Source: an uncultured Chloroflexia bacterium
Lineage (GTDB): Bacteria > Chloroflexota > Dehalococcoidia > GIF9 > UBA5629
Reading direction: 5' to 3'
Assembly: GCA_963775935.1 (NCBI GenBank)
Contig: CAVZKR010000005.1
Location: 209,211-273,210, forward strand
DNA length: 64,000 bases
Shown here: positions 18,560-27,550 of the stretch, piece after piece
Layout: each line of letters begins with the position of its first letter
How positions within the stretch are numbered: position 1 is the first letter of the stretch
Notes under the pieces: generated by a model
Database searches by the model: none
Seen by the model: only the letters and a program-made list of their open reading frames with translations
Told to the model about the DNA's origin: nothing
Position numbers and translations under genes: made by a program

Positions 18560-21235
18560 TTAACCGTCACTTCCTTCGACCCAGGCATTGAAGCATAGCC
18601 CATATGCCGGCTCGTATTCTCTGTTAAACGCCTCTGGATATTGCCTCTTCCACTCTTCCATCTGAGCCTCAGTGACCTTTTCCGCCTCAACCAGAAAGGC
18701 GCTGACTACCTGTCCCTGGGTATTTGGCGAAATCGTCTTTGCCGGAGTAATCAGATTAATCGCTCCCCCTCGGTCTAATTTGCCAGGGATAATCGGGTCA
18801 ACCCGTGACCCATGGTCCATATAGGCAACGCCGGGTCTTACTCGCTCAGTTACATAAGCACCTCCGAGGACAGCCCCTCTTTCGTTATAAACCTTGACTA
18901 TATCTCCGGTTTTCATCCCTCTTTTTGCCGCTTCCGAGGGATGAATCCACACAGGTTCATACTTGTATTCATCCCAGCCCTGGACTTTGCAGGTCTGGAT
19001 TTCCCTTAACCACGCAACATCATCAAGCTGGGCGTGCTCCCTCCACCGCCCATGGTTTGACACAATAAGCAAAGGATATTTCTTAGCCCTCAGATGTTCC
19101 CGGCTTTCCTGATGCGTCTTACCAAAGGGTATCCAGTGTGGAACCGGAGGTCTTTCTTCATCATTGGGAAAATGTTCAAGCAAATCTCTGGCTTCAAACT
19201 CTATTTTACCGGTCCAGGTTTTTAAAGGATGAGAGTCCGGGTCTTCATAAAACTCTATCATTCCAGGAGGGTCTTTCCCCCAGTTATCAGCCGGAGGGAC
19301 GCAGTAGTAACCTTTATTATTCAGCTCTTCCCAGCTAACAAGGTCTTGGGCATTGCTATTTTCAAACCCGAACTTCATCCAGTCTTGGACCGTCCTGCCC
19401 TCAGTATATGCTTCGTACAGGCCCAGCTTTTTAGCTACTTCGAGGACGGCTTCGTAATCGCTCTTGCTTTCTTCAACAGGCTCGATACACTTTCCCTCTA
19501 AATAGATAGACTGGCAGAAAGAGTCGGTGCCTATCATAATATCTTCCGTCTCGTATTTGGTGCAGATTGGTAGAATGATATCGGCATACAGGCAGTCATT
19601 TTCCAGCCAGGGGTGCTGAATGATTATAGTTTCTATTTTTGGACTTCTATAAGCCTCATCTATCCTATTGCCCTGATTCCAGCAGGTCTGCCAGCAAGGC
19701 GAGTCCGACCATATCAAATGTATCTCAGAGCAACCTTCAACGGGGTACCGGTACTCGTTAAACTGGTCTTCGGCGGGCATCATGTATGAACCGGTACTAT
19801 AGAATTTCATTGGTTTTTCGTGACTGGCTTCTAGGATAGCATCACAAATTCTAGTTTTGGGAATGAACTGCTTCGGGTACCATCTTAAAGAGGCCATCCT
19901 GGCTTCTTCCATACCACGGAATGCTGGGAAGGGATTTAGCTGTACTCTGCCTCTTGGCATTATTATATGGCTTGGCCGGTTAGTCCCCGGTTTCCCCAAC
20001 GCCTGCAAAGCGGAACACGCAATCTGCATTCTGACAGGTTCAGTCGAATATGGTCCTCTACAAAGGGGACCACTACTACCAGAGGCAAACGTAGTTACTT
20101 TTGACGCCCATTCCCTTGCCAGTGCTTTTATTGTCCTTGACGGTACACCGCAAAGTGGAGAAGCCCACGAGGGGGTCTTGGGAACTCCATCCTCCTGCCC
20201 CATCACATATTCCTTAAATTTTTCAAAACCGTGAGTATGTGTTACTACGTATTCCTTGTCGTACGTCTCCTCATTTATCCAGGTGTAGATAATAGCCAGC
20301 ATTAGAGCAGTATCAGTACCGGGGTATACTGGAATCCACTTATCGGCGTGGACTGCGGCGGAATAGTTCAAATCAGGAGAAATAAATATGTGTTTTATCC
20401 CTAACTCTGAGTAATAATAAGCCCACAGGCTGCTTTCCTGCCCTCCGCCCTGCCAGGAGGTGGTCTCCCAGTCAGCTCCCCAGTGCAGGAGCATCTCGGT
20501 ATGCTCGGCGATATCTTTGAAGGTATTGGCGGTATACTTGAATGTACCCATAGGAAGCATACCCCACATATGAGTGGCACCCCACTTCCACCCCTCCCAG
20601 CTATCCGGAGTTCTAATCTGCAGGGTGAACTGCCCCTTTTCCTTCCCGTGTCCTAGCAAGTCGAACATCCGGGTCTGACAGCCGTGAGGGGCATGCACGA
20701 TTTTGGTCTCTCCATGCCCATCACCTTGCAGAAATATCGCATAAGGACCGTATTTTGCACGCACCCTTTTTACTTCACTGGCGATTATGTCTGTGGCTTC
20801 GTCCCAGGTAATCCTCTTGAACTTGCTCCTTCCCCTGTTCTGTGGATTTCTTTCACCATCGGGGTCCCAATCGACTCTTTTCAGGGGGTATTTAATCCGG
20901 TTTGGCGAGTATATACGCTTCTTATAAGCCAGAACGTGAGGGTTAGGCAGGGTCCTCAGTTTTGACTCAAAAACTATTCCTCGTGCTTCGACCTTCCATT
21001 GTCCAATTTCCTGCGCTGAATATTTTTCGTCATAGTGAAACGGCCTTATGCGGACAATTTTACCGTTTTTAGCATCAACCCTGACTAGTCCCCCACCATG
21101 GCCAAAAGAGCAGAATGACATGCCTTTTAAGTATGATAGCTCTGGTCTTTCCTCTGGTGAAATCGGTTTTACCAAGTTGCTTTTCTCCGTATCATAGCGT
21201 ATAGAGTATACGCTTAAATTATTTTCGTCAATCAC
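18560..21235 (-). CDS. Molybdopterin oxidoreductase, second AthL-like paralogue (no adjacent beta subunit)
   Basis: Motifs TPDSWEGWKWGATHMWG and ILPICTKYETEDI, with the same family architecture as 12444-14954. GTG start at 21235. The internal ATG at 21121 would give an AthL-like N-terminus. Confidence 0.8.
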   Translation of the reverse strand: MIDENNLSVYSIRYDTEKSNLVKPISPEERPELSYLKGMSFCSFGHGGGLVRVDAKNGKIVRIRPFHYDEKYSAQEIGQWKVEARGIVFESKLRTLPNPHVLAYKKRIYSPNRIKYPLKRVDWDPDGERNPQNRGRSKFKRITWDEATDIIASEVKRVRAKYGPYAIFLQGDGHGETKIVHAPHGCQTRMFDLLGHGKEKGQFTLQIRTPDSWEGWKWGATHMWGMLPMGTFKYTANTFKDIAEHTEMLLHWGADWETTSWQGGGQESSLWAYYYSELGIKHIFISPDLNYSAAVHADKWIPVYPGTDTALMLAIIYTWINEETYDKEYVVTHTHGFEKFKEYVMGQEDGVPKTPSWASPLCGVPSRTIKALAREWASKVTTFASGSSGPLCRGPYSTEPVRMQIACSALQALGKPGTNRPSHIIMPRGRVQLNPFPAFRGMEEARMASLRWYPKQFIPKTRICDAILEASHEKPMKFYSTGSYMMPAEDQFNEYRYPVEGCSEIHLIWSDSPCWQTCWNQGNRIDEAYRSPKIETIIIQHPWLENDCLYADIILPICTKYETEDIMIGTDSFCQSIYLEGKCIEPVEESKSDYEAVLEVAKKLGLYEAYTEGRTVQDWMKFGFENSNAQDLVSWEELNNKGYYCVPPADNWGKDPPGMIEFYEDPDSHPLKTWTGKIEFEARDLLEHFPNDEERPPVPHWIPFGKTHQESREHLRAKKYPLLIVSNHGRWREHAQLDDVAWLREIQTCKVQGWDEYKYEPVWIHPSEAAKRGMKTGDIVKVYNERGAVLGGAYVTERVRPGVAYMDHGSRVDPIIPGKLDRGGAINLITPAKTISPNTQGQVVSAFLVEAEKVTEAQMEEWKRQYPEAFNREYEPAYGLCFNAWVEGSDG

Positions 21236-21461
21236 ATTACCGATTCTTATCCCTTACTTAGATAAGCCTCAATCACTCTTTCGTTCTCTCGAATCTCTTT
21301 GGGAGATGCTTCAGCAGGTTTTTGCCTGTGGAACAATGACGATATCCTACCGCAATGACTCATAACTGCGCTCATTGTGTATTTCTAACGTAAAGGATTC
21401 ACTAGCAACTGTATGTAGTCAGCGACAATGAGACAAGAAAACCTCAAAAATAACCGACATC

Positions 21462-21755
21462 TTAGAGGTCACTGCTCATATTTCTAGCTGTCTTATTATA
21501 GTCCTTTCTTGCCTGTAATGTTGTGACTTTCTCCTCCTTTCTTTTCTGCAGTATTTCAAGATGCTTACCAGTATAAACATCGTAGGGCATAACATTGCCC
21601 AATCCTTCATGGTACCGCCGATAGTTATAGTATTCAATAAAGGATTTGATCGCCTCTTTCAGTTCACTCGGCATCTGATATGGCACCTGATTGATTTCGC
21701 CTTTAAGTGTACGATGGTATCTTTCGATCTTACCATTAGTCTGAGGTATCAATAA
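21462..21755 (-). pseudogene. DDE (rve-type) transposase, C-terminal remnant (IS481/IS3-like)
   Basis: IPQTNGKIERYHRTLKGEI...YNYRRYHEGLGNVMPYDVY is the C-terminal part of an integrase-core domain. The upstream catalytic region is absent. Confidence 0.75.
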
Positions 21756-21801
21756 ATAATATAATGATTACTTAAGGTATGGCGGTTTGTAATTTGGATT
21801 A

Positions 21802-21828
21802 ATAGTTGGCTGGGCTATATAAAGTACA
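21802..21828 (+). repeat. 27-nt direct repeat copy 2 (ATAGTTGGCTGGGCTATATAAAGTACA)
   Basis: 26/27 identity with 17826-17852. Lies 47 nt from the truncation point of the transposase remnant. Confidence 0.8.
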
Positions 21829-22051
21829 TAAGAGATTCAAATCAAGATTATTCACGGTGGAGTTCTGATCCAAACATGACTAGGTGTATGTCTGCGTTTG
21901 TGAACTCAAACCAAAGCTAGAAAATAGCTAACGGACTAAATGAAACGGGTTATTTCTATTTGGTATTCTGCGAACAAAATAGGTTTTTTATCATTGATAC
22001 AAGCGTTCTACTTTGAACGTATAACTAGTCTTTGGGACACCAGCCTACAGA

Positions 22052-22096
22052 CTTACACACAGGAGGTCACAGGTCCAAATCCTGTATCGCCCACCA
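22052..22096 (+). repeat. Direct repeat: copy of tRNA-Val(TAC) positions 32-73 plus CCA (att-like)
   Basis: 42/42 identity to 7482-7523, followed by CCA as in copy 2. Confidence 0.9.
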
Positions 22097-22271
22097 TTCA
22101 GGTAATATCTCCTACCGTGAACGAAGTTGAATTGATTATTAGAGGGTAATGCACCATCTATACATAATCGTTAATATTTCATTCACATTTTAGTGATATA
22201 ATGAGCATATAACGTTATTTGTCGTATACAAAAAACTAGCTCATTAAGCTTTTAGAAAGGGGATAAGTTTT

Positions 22272-23078
22272 ATGCAGCAGAGGTATCCCTGTCCCAGGTG
22301 TGGTGTGCCGGTTGAATATGGCAGCCGGTTCTGCGGCAATTGTGGTAATACATTGCAAATGAATCCACCACCTCCGCCACCCAGCCCTCAATATCCTCCT
22401 CAACCACAACCATGGGGGCAGCAACAGCCGCCTTATAATCAGCAACCTGGCTGGAATCAACCTCCCCCGTATAATCAAACGCCGGGGTGGGGAGGCCCTC
22501 CCCCCTACCAGCAGCAAAACATGTATGATCAGCGAGGACCTGTGCCTCAAAAAAAGATCTCCTCGCGCAACCTCGTCTATTTAGTAATCTTGTGTGTCAT
22601 TGTGGTTACCATTGGTGGAATTGCTTTAGCCACAAATGGGAGTTTTTTCTCATCGAGCGAAACGCCGACGCCAACAGCTCCCACCACACCAGCAGAGACA
22701 CCACCATCCACCACGCCGGTACCAGAGCCCACACCTCCTCCACAAACGCCGAAGTATCCAGCGTCACAAGCTACTCCGGTTACTGCCGCGGAGCTGGTTA
22801 CCGCTTATGCGGCTGATGGTAACGTTGCAATCGCAAAATATCAGGGGAATGAATACGCTATTTCAGGTACTATATCGGAAGCGAATAGTTCAGCACCACC
22901 ATTTCTTTATCTCAAGGATAGTGCCGCAGGTACATTAGAAATACAATGTAACTTCTCGCAAGGTCAAGAAGCAAATATCTCAGCGCTCAACGTGGGGGAG
23001 ACAGTCAAAGTAGAAGGTCGGATCGGTACTTTCACCGGAACCATCATCATTGTTAATACCTGTAAACTTGTGCAATAG
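22272..23078 (+). CDS. Zinc-ribbon / Pro-Gln-rich / single-TM protein with C-terminal OB-fold (tRNA_anti-like) domain
   Basis: CPRCG...CGNCG zinc ribbon, PPPYNQ-type repeats, one TM helix, a PT-rich linker, and a C-terminal ...YQGNEYAISGTISE...VGETVKVEGRIGTF region typical of tRNA_anti-like OB folds. Confidence 0.65.
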   Translation: MQQRYPCPRCGVPVEYGSRFCGNCGNTLQMNPPPPPPSPQYPPQPQPWGQQQPPYNQQPGWNQPPPYNQTPGWGGPPPYQQQNMYDQRGPVPQKKISSRNLVYLVILCVIVVTIGGIALATNGSFFSSSETPTPTAPTTPAETPPSTTPVPEPTPPPQTPKYPASQATPVTAAELVTAYAADGNVAIAKYQGNEYAISGTISEANSSAPPFLYLKDSAAGTLEIQCNFSQGQEANISALNVGETVKVEGRIGTFTGTIIIVNTCKLVQ

Positions 23079-23120
23079 CGTCGCCGCTCTTGGTATCTTT
23101 ATATTTAAGAGCCTTGCGCT

Positions 23121-23141
23121 AATGTGGGTTTCGCCCACATT
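23121..23141. terminator. Hairpin between convergent genes (AATGTGGG-TTTCG-CCCACATT)
   Basis: 8-bp perfect stem followed by TTT, in the gap between 23078 and 23176. Confidence 0.45.
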
Positions 23142-23175
23142 TTAGATGCTGTCCTTAGTTAACTTTTTGCTTTCC

Positions 23176-23934
23176 TTAAAACTCCGCTAGCAGCACGTTC
23201 TGTAAAACTCTGCCGGGCTCGTCAGAAGGCTTCAGTTCCTTCTTATCCCTGTAATAGGTCCATGTCCCCACGGTGAGCTTATCTGCCCAGCCCAGTGCAC
23301 TACCAGTGATTTCGTATGCTGTCTGATTTATTTTCTTCACCTTCCAGTTTCGCCAGTTTTCCATGAGGCTATTGAGCGTGGAAATTGCTAATTCTCTATC
23401 TTTAAATTTTTCCTGCCACTGTTGCTTCAGTGAGGATATAGTGGACTCGAGATAATTCTTAAACTCTTCGCACTTATCTATCCTGTCCGTGGTTAAATCA
23501 ATGACTTTGAGCGTGAAAGAACTATCTTGAGCAGAAGACCCAGCTCGGCTGATATAAAACTCTACTTCTGTTACCCGGTACTGGTCGTTCTTGAGCTGGG
23601 CTAATCCCTCTGGTGTAACCCGCACCAGCCAGTTGCCCGTTTTAAAATCCCTTGTTTTCTGAGTTTCCAGCCATTTCAATGCTGGCGATGCGACCTGCTC
23701 CAGCTTTTGCAGCTTCATTTCAGTGGCATACCGCTGCTCATCTATTTTTTGTAATTCAGAATCAATGGTAGTTATCCCCGTCTTATTCATAGCTATGAAG
23801 ACGGTCATGGCCTCACGCCTGATGTCGCTTTCAGACGTGCAATGAACGAGGAAGCTGAGCAATATGATTGCTAATACCAGAAGGGAAACAATCCGCAGGA
23901 TAAATCGTCTACTCACCGCAAACCCCCTTATCAC
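23176..23934 (-). CDS. Hypothetical membrane-anchored protein
   Basis: 252 aa with an N-terminal hydrophobic anchor (ILRIVSLLVLAIILLSFLV). No recognisable domain. Confidence 0.5.
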   Translation of the reverse strand: MIRGFAVSRRFILRIVSLLVLAIILLSFLVHCTSESDIRREAMTVFIAMNKTGITTIDSELQKIDEQRYATEMKLQKLEQVASPALKWLETQKTRDFKTGNWLVRVTPEGLAQLKNDQYRVTEVEFYISRAGSSAQDSSFTLKVIDLTTDRIDKCEEFKNYLESTISSLKQQWQEKFKDRELAISTLNSLMENWRNWKVKKINQTAYEITGSALGWADKLTVGTWTYYRDKKELKPSDEPGRVLQNVLLAEF

Positions 23935-24174
23935 CGGATAAAGTCATGCAGGTACTTTTTAATTATACTGGTATCCTGTATAAAAGGGAACACTTGGAAC
24001 CACATTAACCCTCTGCTGTTGTGTATGGACTACTTCGAGGAGAACTTCCTTAGTAATCTGCCTCAGCCTGAATTCAAATCCCTCTGCTGCTAGCAGTATT
24101 TTCATACAGGCGAGCTCAGCGTACTCGTCCAGTGTTAGCGGATGTGTCGCATTTGATATGATAAGAGTGTTCGG

Positions 24175-25530
24175 ATGATGGCTAAAGATTGCTCAGCTAG
24201 TAAGCGTGTTATTGTCGTTGGCGCTGGCGCTGGTGGTATGATGGCTGCGGGGCGGGCAGCGGAGTCGGGGGCGTCTGTGCTTCTCCTGGAGAAGATGGAG
24301 CATGCAGGCAATAAGCTGCTCATCAGTGGCAAGACGCGTTGTAATCTGACCAATACCAGGGACCTGGACAATTTTATTGCCATGTACGGTAACAATGGGC
24401 ATTTTCTGTACAGCGCCTTTAACCGATTCTTCAGAGATGAGCTGTTGGCATTTTTAAAGCGCTATGGCGTCAGGACAAAAATTGAGAGCGATGGTCGAAT
24501 TTTTCCTGCCTCCAATGATGCTGGAGATGTGGTCAGAGCTCTCAAAACCTATATGGCTGACCACGGCGTACAGGTACGTACCAATGTCAGAGTGAACCGT
24601 CTGATGGTGGAGGAGGGATGTGTCCTAGGTGTCGGCACAGAGCACGGTGTACTCCCCGCTGTGTCCGTGGTGGTGGCGACTGGCGGCGCTTCATACCCCG
24701 GCACCGGCTCCACAGGCGATGGTTACAGGATGGCTGAGGCGGTGGGGCATACTATCGTGAAGCTGCGTCCCAGCCTAGTTCCGCTGGTCGTCCAGGAGAC
24801 TCAGCTTGCCGGGAATATGCAGGGTGTCAGCCTGAAGCAGGTACGCTTGACAGCCTATCGATGCAGGGCGGACGAGATTCCGCTGTCCTCGTTTCCTACC
24901 AACGACTGTGGGCGTGGTACTGTGCGTGAGTATGCTCCTTATCCTGTTATTGAGAGCCGGCTGGGCAACATGATGCTAACCCATACTGGTATCGGTGGTC
25001 CGATTACGTTGCAGATGAGTCTGGCGGTGGTTGATGCTCTTGAAGAAGGACCAGTAAGTGTTGCCATTGACCTGATACCTGGTCACACTGAGAAACAGCT
25101 CCATCAGATACTACAATTAAAGTTCGCTTCTCACGGCAGGCAGAGCTGTCAACGTATCGTTTCCGAGATGCTGCCACATAGGATGGTGGCACCTTTCCTC
25201 GAGATAGCTGGTATTCCTGTGGGCAAACTTGCCAGCCAGGTGAGCATTACCGAGCGGAAGCACCTTGTGAGCCTGTTGAAATCATTCCGTTTCAATATTA
25301 AGAAGCCATCGCTGCTCTCTACAGCTATGGTCACTGCCGGCGGCGTTGCGCTCAAGGAGATAGACCCACATACTATGGCATCGCGCCTGGTTAAAGGGCT
25401 CTATTTCTGCGGTGAGGTGATGGATATCGATGCTGACACTGGCGGCTACAACCTTACTGCTGCCTTTTCCACGGGTTACAGTGCTGGTGAACATGCCGCT
25501 GCTTTTTGTATTGCTCCTGAAAAAAGCTGA
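24175..25530 (+). CDS. NAD(P)/FAD-dependent oxidoreductase, BaiN/HI0933 family
   Basis: GAGAGG dinucleotide motif (VIVVGAGAGGMMAAGRAA), ...GKTRCNLTN..., and a C-terminal GLYFCGEVMDIDADTGGYNL signature of the HI0933-like family. Confidence 0.8.
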   Translation: MMAKDCSASKRVIVVGAGAGGMMAAGRAAESGASVLLLEKMEHAGNKLLISGKTRCNLTNTRDLDNFIAMYGNNGHFLYSAFNRFFRDELLAFLKRYGVRTKIESDGRIFPASNDAGDVVRALKTYMADHGVQVRTNVRVNRLMVEEGCVLGVGTEHGVLPAVSVVVATGGASYPGTGSTGDGYRMAEAVGHTIVKLRPSLVPLVVQETQLAGNMQGVSLKQVRLTAYRCRADEIPLSSFPTNDCGRGTVREYAPYPVIESRLGNMMLTHTGIGGPITLQMSLAVVDALEEGPVSVAIDLIPGHTEKQLHQILQLKFASHGRQSCQRIVSEMLPHRMVAPFLEIAGIPVGKLASQVSITERKHLVSLLKSFRFNIKKPSLLSTAMVTAGGVALKEIDPHTMASRLVKGLYFCGEVMDIDADTGGYNLTAAFSTGYSAGEHAAAFCIAPEKS

Positions 25531-25539
25531 CGTGGTTTC

Positions 25540-25574
25540 TGGCATCGCGAGGAACGAAGTGACGTGACGATCCC
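25540..25574. repeat. REP-like intergenic element (IATSLRSSQ-type family), copy 1
   Basis: About 27/35 identity to the reverse complement of 49998-50032. Lies between the convergent baiN-like and maf genes. Confidence 0.55.
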
Positions 25575-25586
25575 TCAGGTGAGCCC

Positions 25587-26189
25587 CTAGAAATGCCTGT
25601 TACCAGTATGGCGGTTCATAACATCTATACCGAACTCTTTAAGACTCTCAGTCAAGGAACAAAGGGGAAGCCCTATCACATTGAAATAGTCGCCCTCGAT
25701 TTTCTCTATGAGGATAGCCCCCAGTCCCTGAATGGCATAACCTCCAGCTTTGTCTAATGGCTCCTTAGAGTTTATATAATCGTCAATTTCTTTCGAAGAC
25801 AGTTTCTTCATATGTACCTTTGTTTCCACTGATTTTGACACCGTTTTATTGTCATCTGTATCCAGGATGGTGAATCCGGTGATGACTGCATGAGACCTCC
25901 CACTCAACCTCGTCAGCATTTCTCTGGCTTCAGTTTCTGTGCTCGGTTTACCCATAATGCTGCCCTGAAAAACGATAAAGGTGTCGGCAGCGATAATGAT
26001 GGCGTTTTTATGGTTACTGGCGACAGCCAGGGCTTTGTTGCGTGAAAGTACCCTGGCAAGCTCGTGAGGGTCTAGCCCGGAACTTATATCTTCTGCCTGA
26101 TTGCTCGGCTCGACCTCAAACTTCAAGCCGATTTTCTCAAGCAGCTCTTTTCGCCTAGGGGAGCTTGAGGCTAAAATGATTTTTTTCAT
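25587..26189 (-). CDS. maf: Maf-like nucleoside triphosphate pyrophosphatase
   Basis: MKKIILASSSPRRKELLEKIGL... and ...DKAGGYAIQG motifs. Start set at the internal ATG at 26189. Confidence 0.85.
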   Translation of the reverse strand: MKKIILASSSPRRKELLEKIGLKFEVEPSNQAEDISSGLDPHELARVLSRNKALAVASNHKNAIIIAADTFIVFQGSIMGKPSTETEAREMLTRLSGRSHAVITGFTILDTDDNKTVSKSVETKVHMKKLSSKEIDDYINSKEPLDKAGGYAIQGLGAILIEKIEGDYFNVIGLPLCSLTESLKEFGIDVMNRHTGNRHF

Positions 26190-26339
26190 ATCGACGATTA
26201 TTCTAGCAAAATAGAGGGTGCTTACCAATGATGTACTATTTTTCTCCAAGCCCCTTGAAGTATTGCGGTAATGCGTTTAGAATTAACTTGGCTTTAGGAG
26301 GGTGTGCCAGAGCGAAAAAAAGAATTGGGAGGTGGATGC

Positions 26340-26627
26340 ATGTCTATCTACATTATGCTCACGACCCTGACGGAAGAGGGTAGGAAAACCGTTAAAACAA
26401 ACCCCGAGAGAATCAAGGAAGTCAATAAAGAAGTTGAAGCGATGGGAGTAAAAATTCTGGCTCAGTATGCCGTCATGGGCCCCTATGACTTTGTTAATAT
26501 CCTAGACGCTCCCAGCAATGAGCTGGTAACCAAGGTCGCCATTGAGCTTGGTTCCAGGGGTACGCTCAAGACTATGACCTTACCGGCTCAAAAAGCTGAC
26601 GATTTCATTGCCTATTTGAAGAAATAA
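26340..26627 (+). CDS. GYD domain-containing protein
   Basis: MSIYIMLTTLTEEGRKTV...AQYAVMGPYDFVNILDAP fits the GYD family. GGGAGGTGG RBS upstream of the ATG at 26340. Confidence 0.75.
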   Translation: MSIYIMLTTLTEEGRKTVKTNPERIKEVNKEVEAMGVKILAQYAVMGPYDFVNILDAPSNELVTKVAIELGSRGTLKTMTLPAQKADDFIAYLKK

Positions 26628-26888
26628 TCTAGACTATTGCACACCCTCCCCAAGATAGCTCTCCCCTTGTACTGTTGTTGTTCAAACTGGTACATAGGTT
26701 ACACTTTAATCCATTACCGTAAAAAACGCCAAAAAATTAACATATTTTACATAAAGGCTTCCTTTAGGGTATAATACTTCATATAGTTCCAGTTTAGGTT
26801 ATTACAAGCTTCTTTGAATCCATCCAGATTTATTTCAAGTATTGGATGACCAAACTCTAACTAAGTTAAGAAGAGAAGAGGTTATCCG

Positions 26889-27194
26889 ATGAGTTTTCAG
26901 GATAGATTGCTTTATTGTTCCGCCTGTGGGGCTCAATTTACTTTCAGCGCCGAGAAACAGGAGTTTTTTAAGATCTGGGGCTGTACTGATGAGCCCAAAC
27001 ACTGCCCCTCATGCAGCCAGGCACGGAAGTCAACACGATGCGGAGCAAGCAGCTACAGCAACGGTACCCACCGCCAATTGTTTCGGGCAACTTGTGCCGA
27101 ATGTGGCAAAATTACTGAGGTACCCTTTGAGCCTCGTGCTGGAAGACGAGTGTACTGTAGAGATTGCTATCGTTCAGTCAAACTGTATAGGTAG
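26889..27194 (+). CDS. CxxC-x17-CxxC zinc-ribbon protein
   Basis: Two CxxC...CxxC units (CSACG...CPSC; CAECG...CRDC), with a C-terminal VPFEPRAGRRVYCRDCY typical of this small family. Confidence 0.7.
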   Translation: MSFQDRLLYCSACGAQFTFSAEKQEFFKIWGCTDEPKHCPSCSQARKSTRCGASSYSNGTHRQLFRATCAECGKITEVPFEPRAGRRVYCRDCYRSVKLYR

Positions 27195-27271
27195 TGCTAC
27201 CTCAACTCATTAAATCGTATCAAAGAGGTATGCGTATCCATAAATGCTCCAGATAAATTAATTGATGTGTT

Positions 27272-27472
27272 ATGCCATTAGAAGTACAGCTCCATAAAGG
27301 TGAATCCCAGGATTCTCTACTTCGTCGCTTTCAGCGCATGGTGCAGGTGAGTGGAATTCTGCGTGAGGCGAAAGCTAACCTCCACTTTGTATCGAAGAGA
27401 GATGCTGCCCGTCTTAAAGCAAAAAATAGTGCCAGACGCAGAAGAAATCAGGGCAATACAGGAGTGCGCTAG
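27272..27472 (+). CDS. rpsU: 30S ribosomal protein S21
   Basis: 66 aa. The sequence ESQDSLLRRFQRMVQVSGILREAKANLHFVSKRDAARLKAK is S21-like. Confidence 0.8.
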   Translation: MPLEVQLHKGESQDSLLRRFQRMVQVSGILREAKANLHFVSKRDAARLKAKNSARRRRNQGNTGVR

Positions 27473-27550
27473 GAAGTTTATACAAGGTCGCAACGTATAT
27501 CGATGACAGTTAAGCAGTAAGGTTGAGCAATGTCACAAAGGGATTCTCAT

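Larger units (their letters stand above)
17399..22096. mobile_element. Putative integrated segment 2 at tRNA-Val(TAC)
   Basis: Bounded by tRNA 3'-half copies 2 and 3. Contains integrase and transposase remnants and a second AthL-like gene. Confidence 0.5.

Noticed and set aside
21252-21373. Roughly 37-aa minus-strand upstream ORF (MSHCGRISSLFHRQKPAEASPKEIRENERVIEAYLSKG) before the second AthL-like gene.
   Set aside because: It might be a leader peptide or the tail of a lost gene. There is no RBS or conservation evidence available from the sequence alone.
22236-22550. Arg/Leu-rich 104-aa minus-strand ORF.
   Set aside because: It is the antisense reading of the CCN-rich Pro/Gln repeat region of 22272-23078, a low-complexity artefact.
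23990-24110. 49-aa minus-strand ORF (MKILLAAEGFEFRLRQITKEVLLEVV...) upstream of the BaiN-like gene.
   Set aside because: It is below the track threshold, has no convincing RBS and matches no family I recognise. It could be a gene remnant, but the evidence is insufficient.
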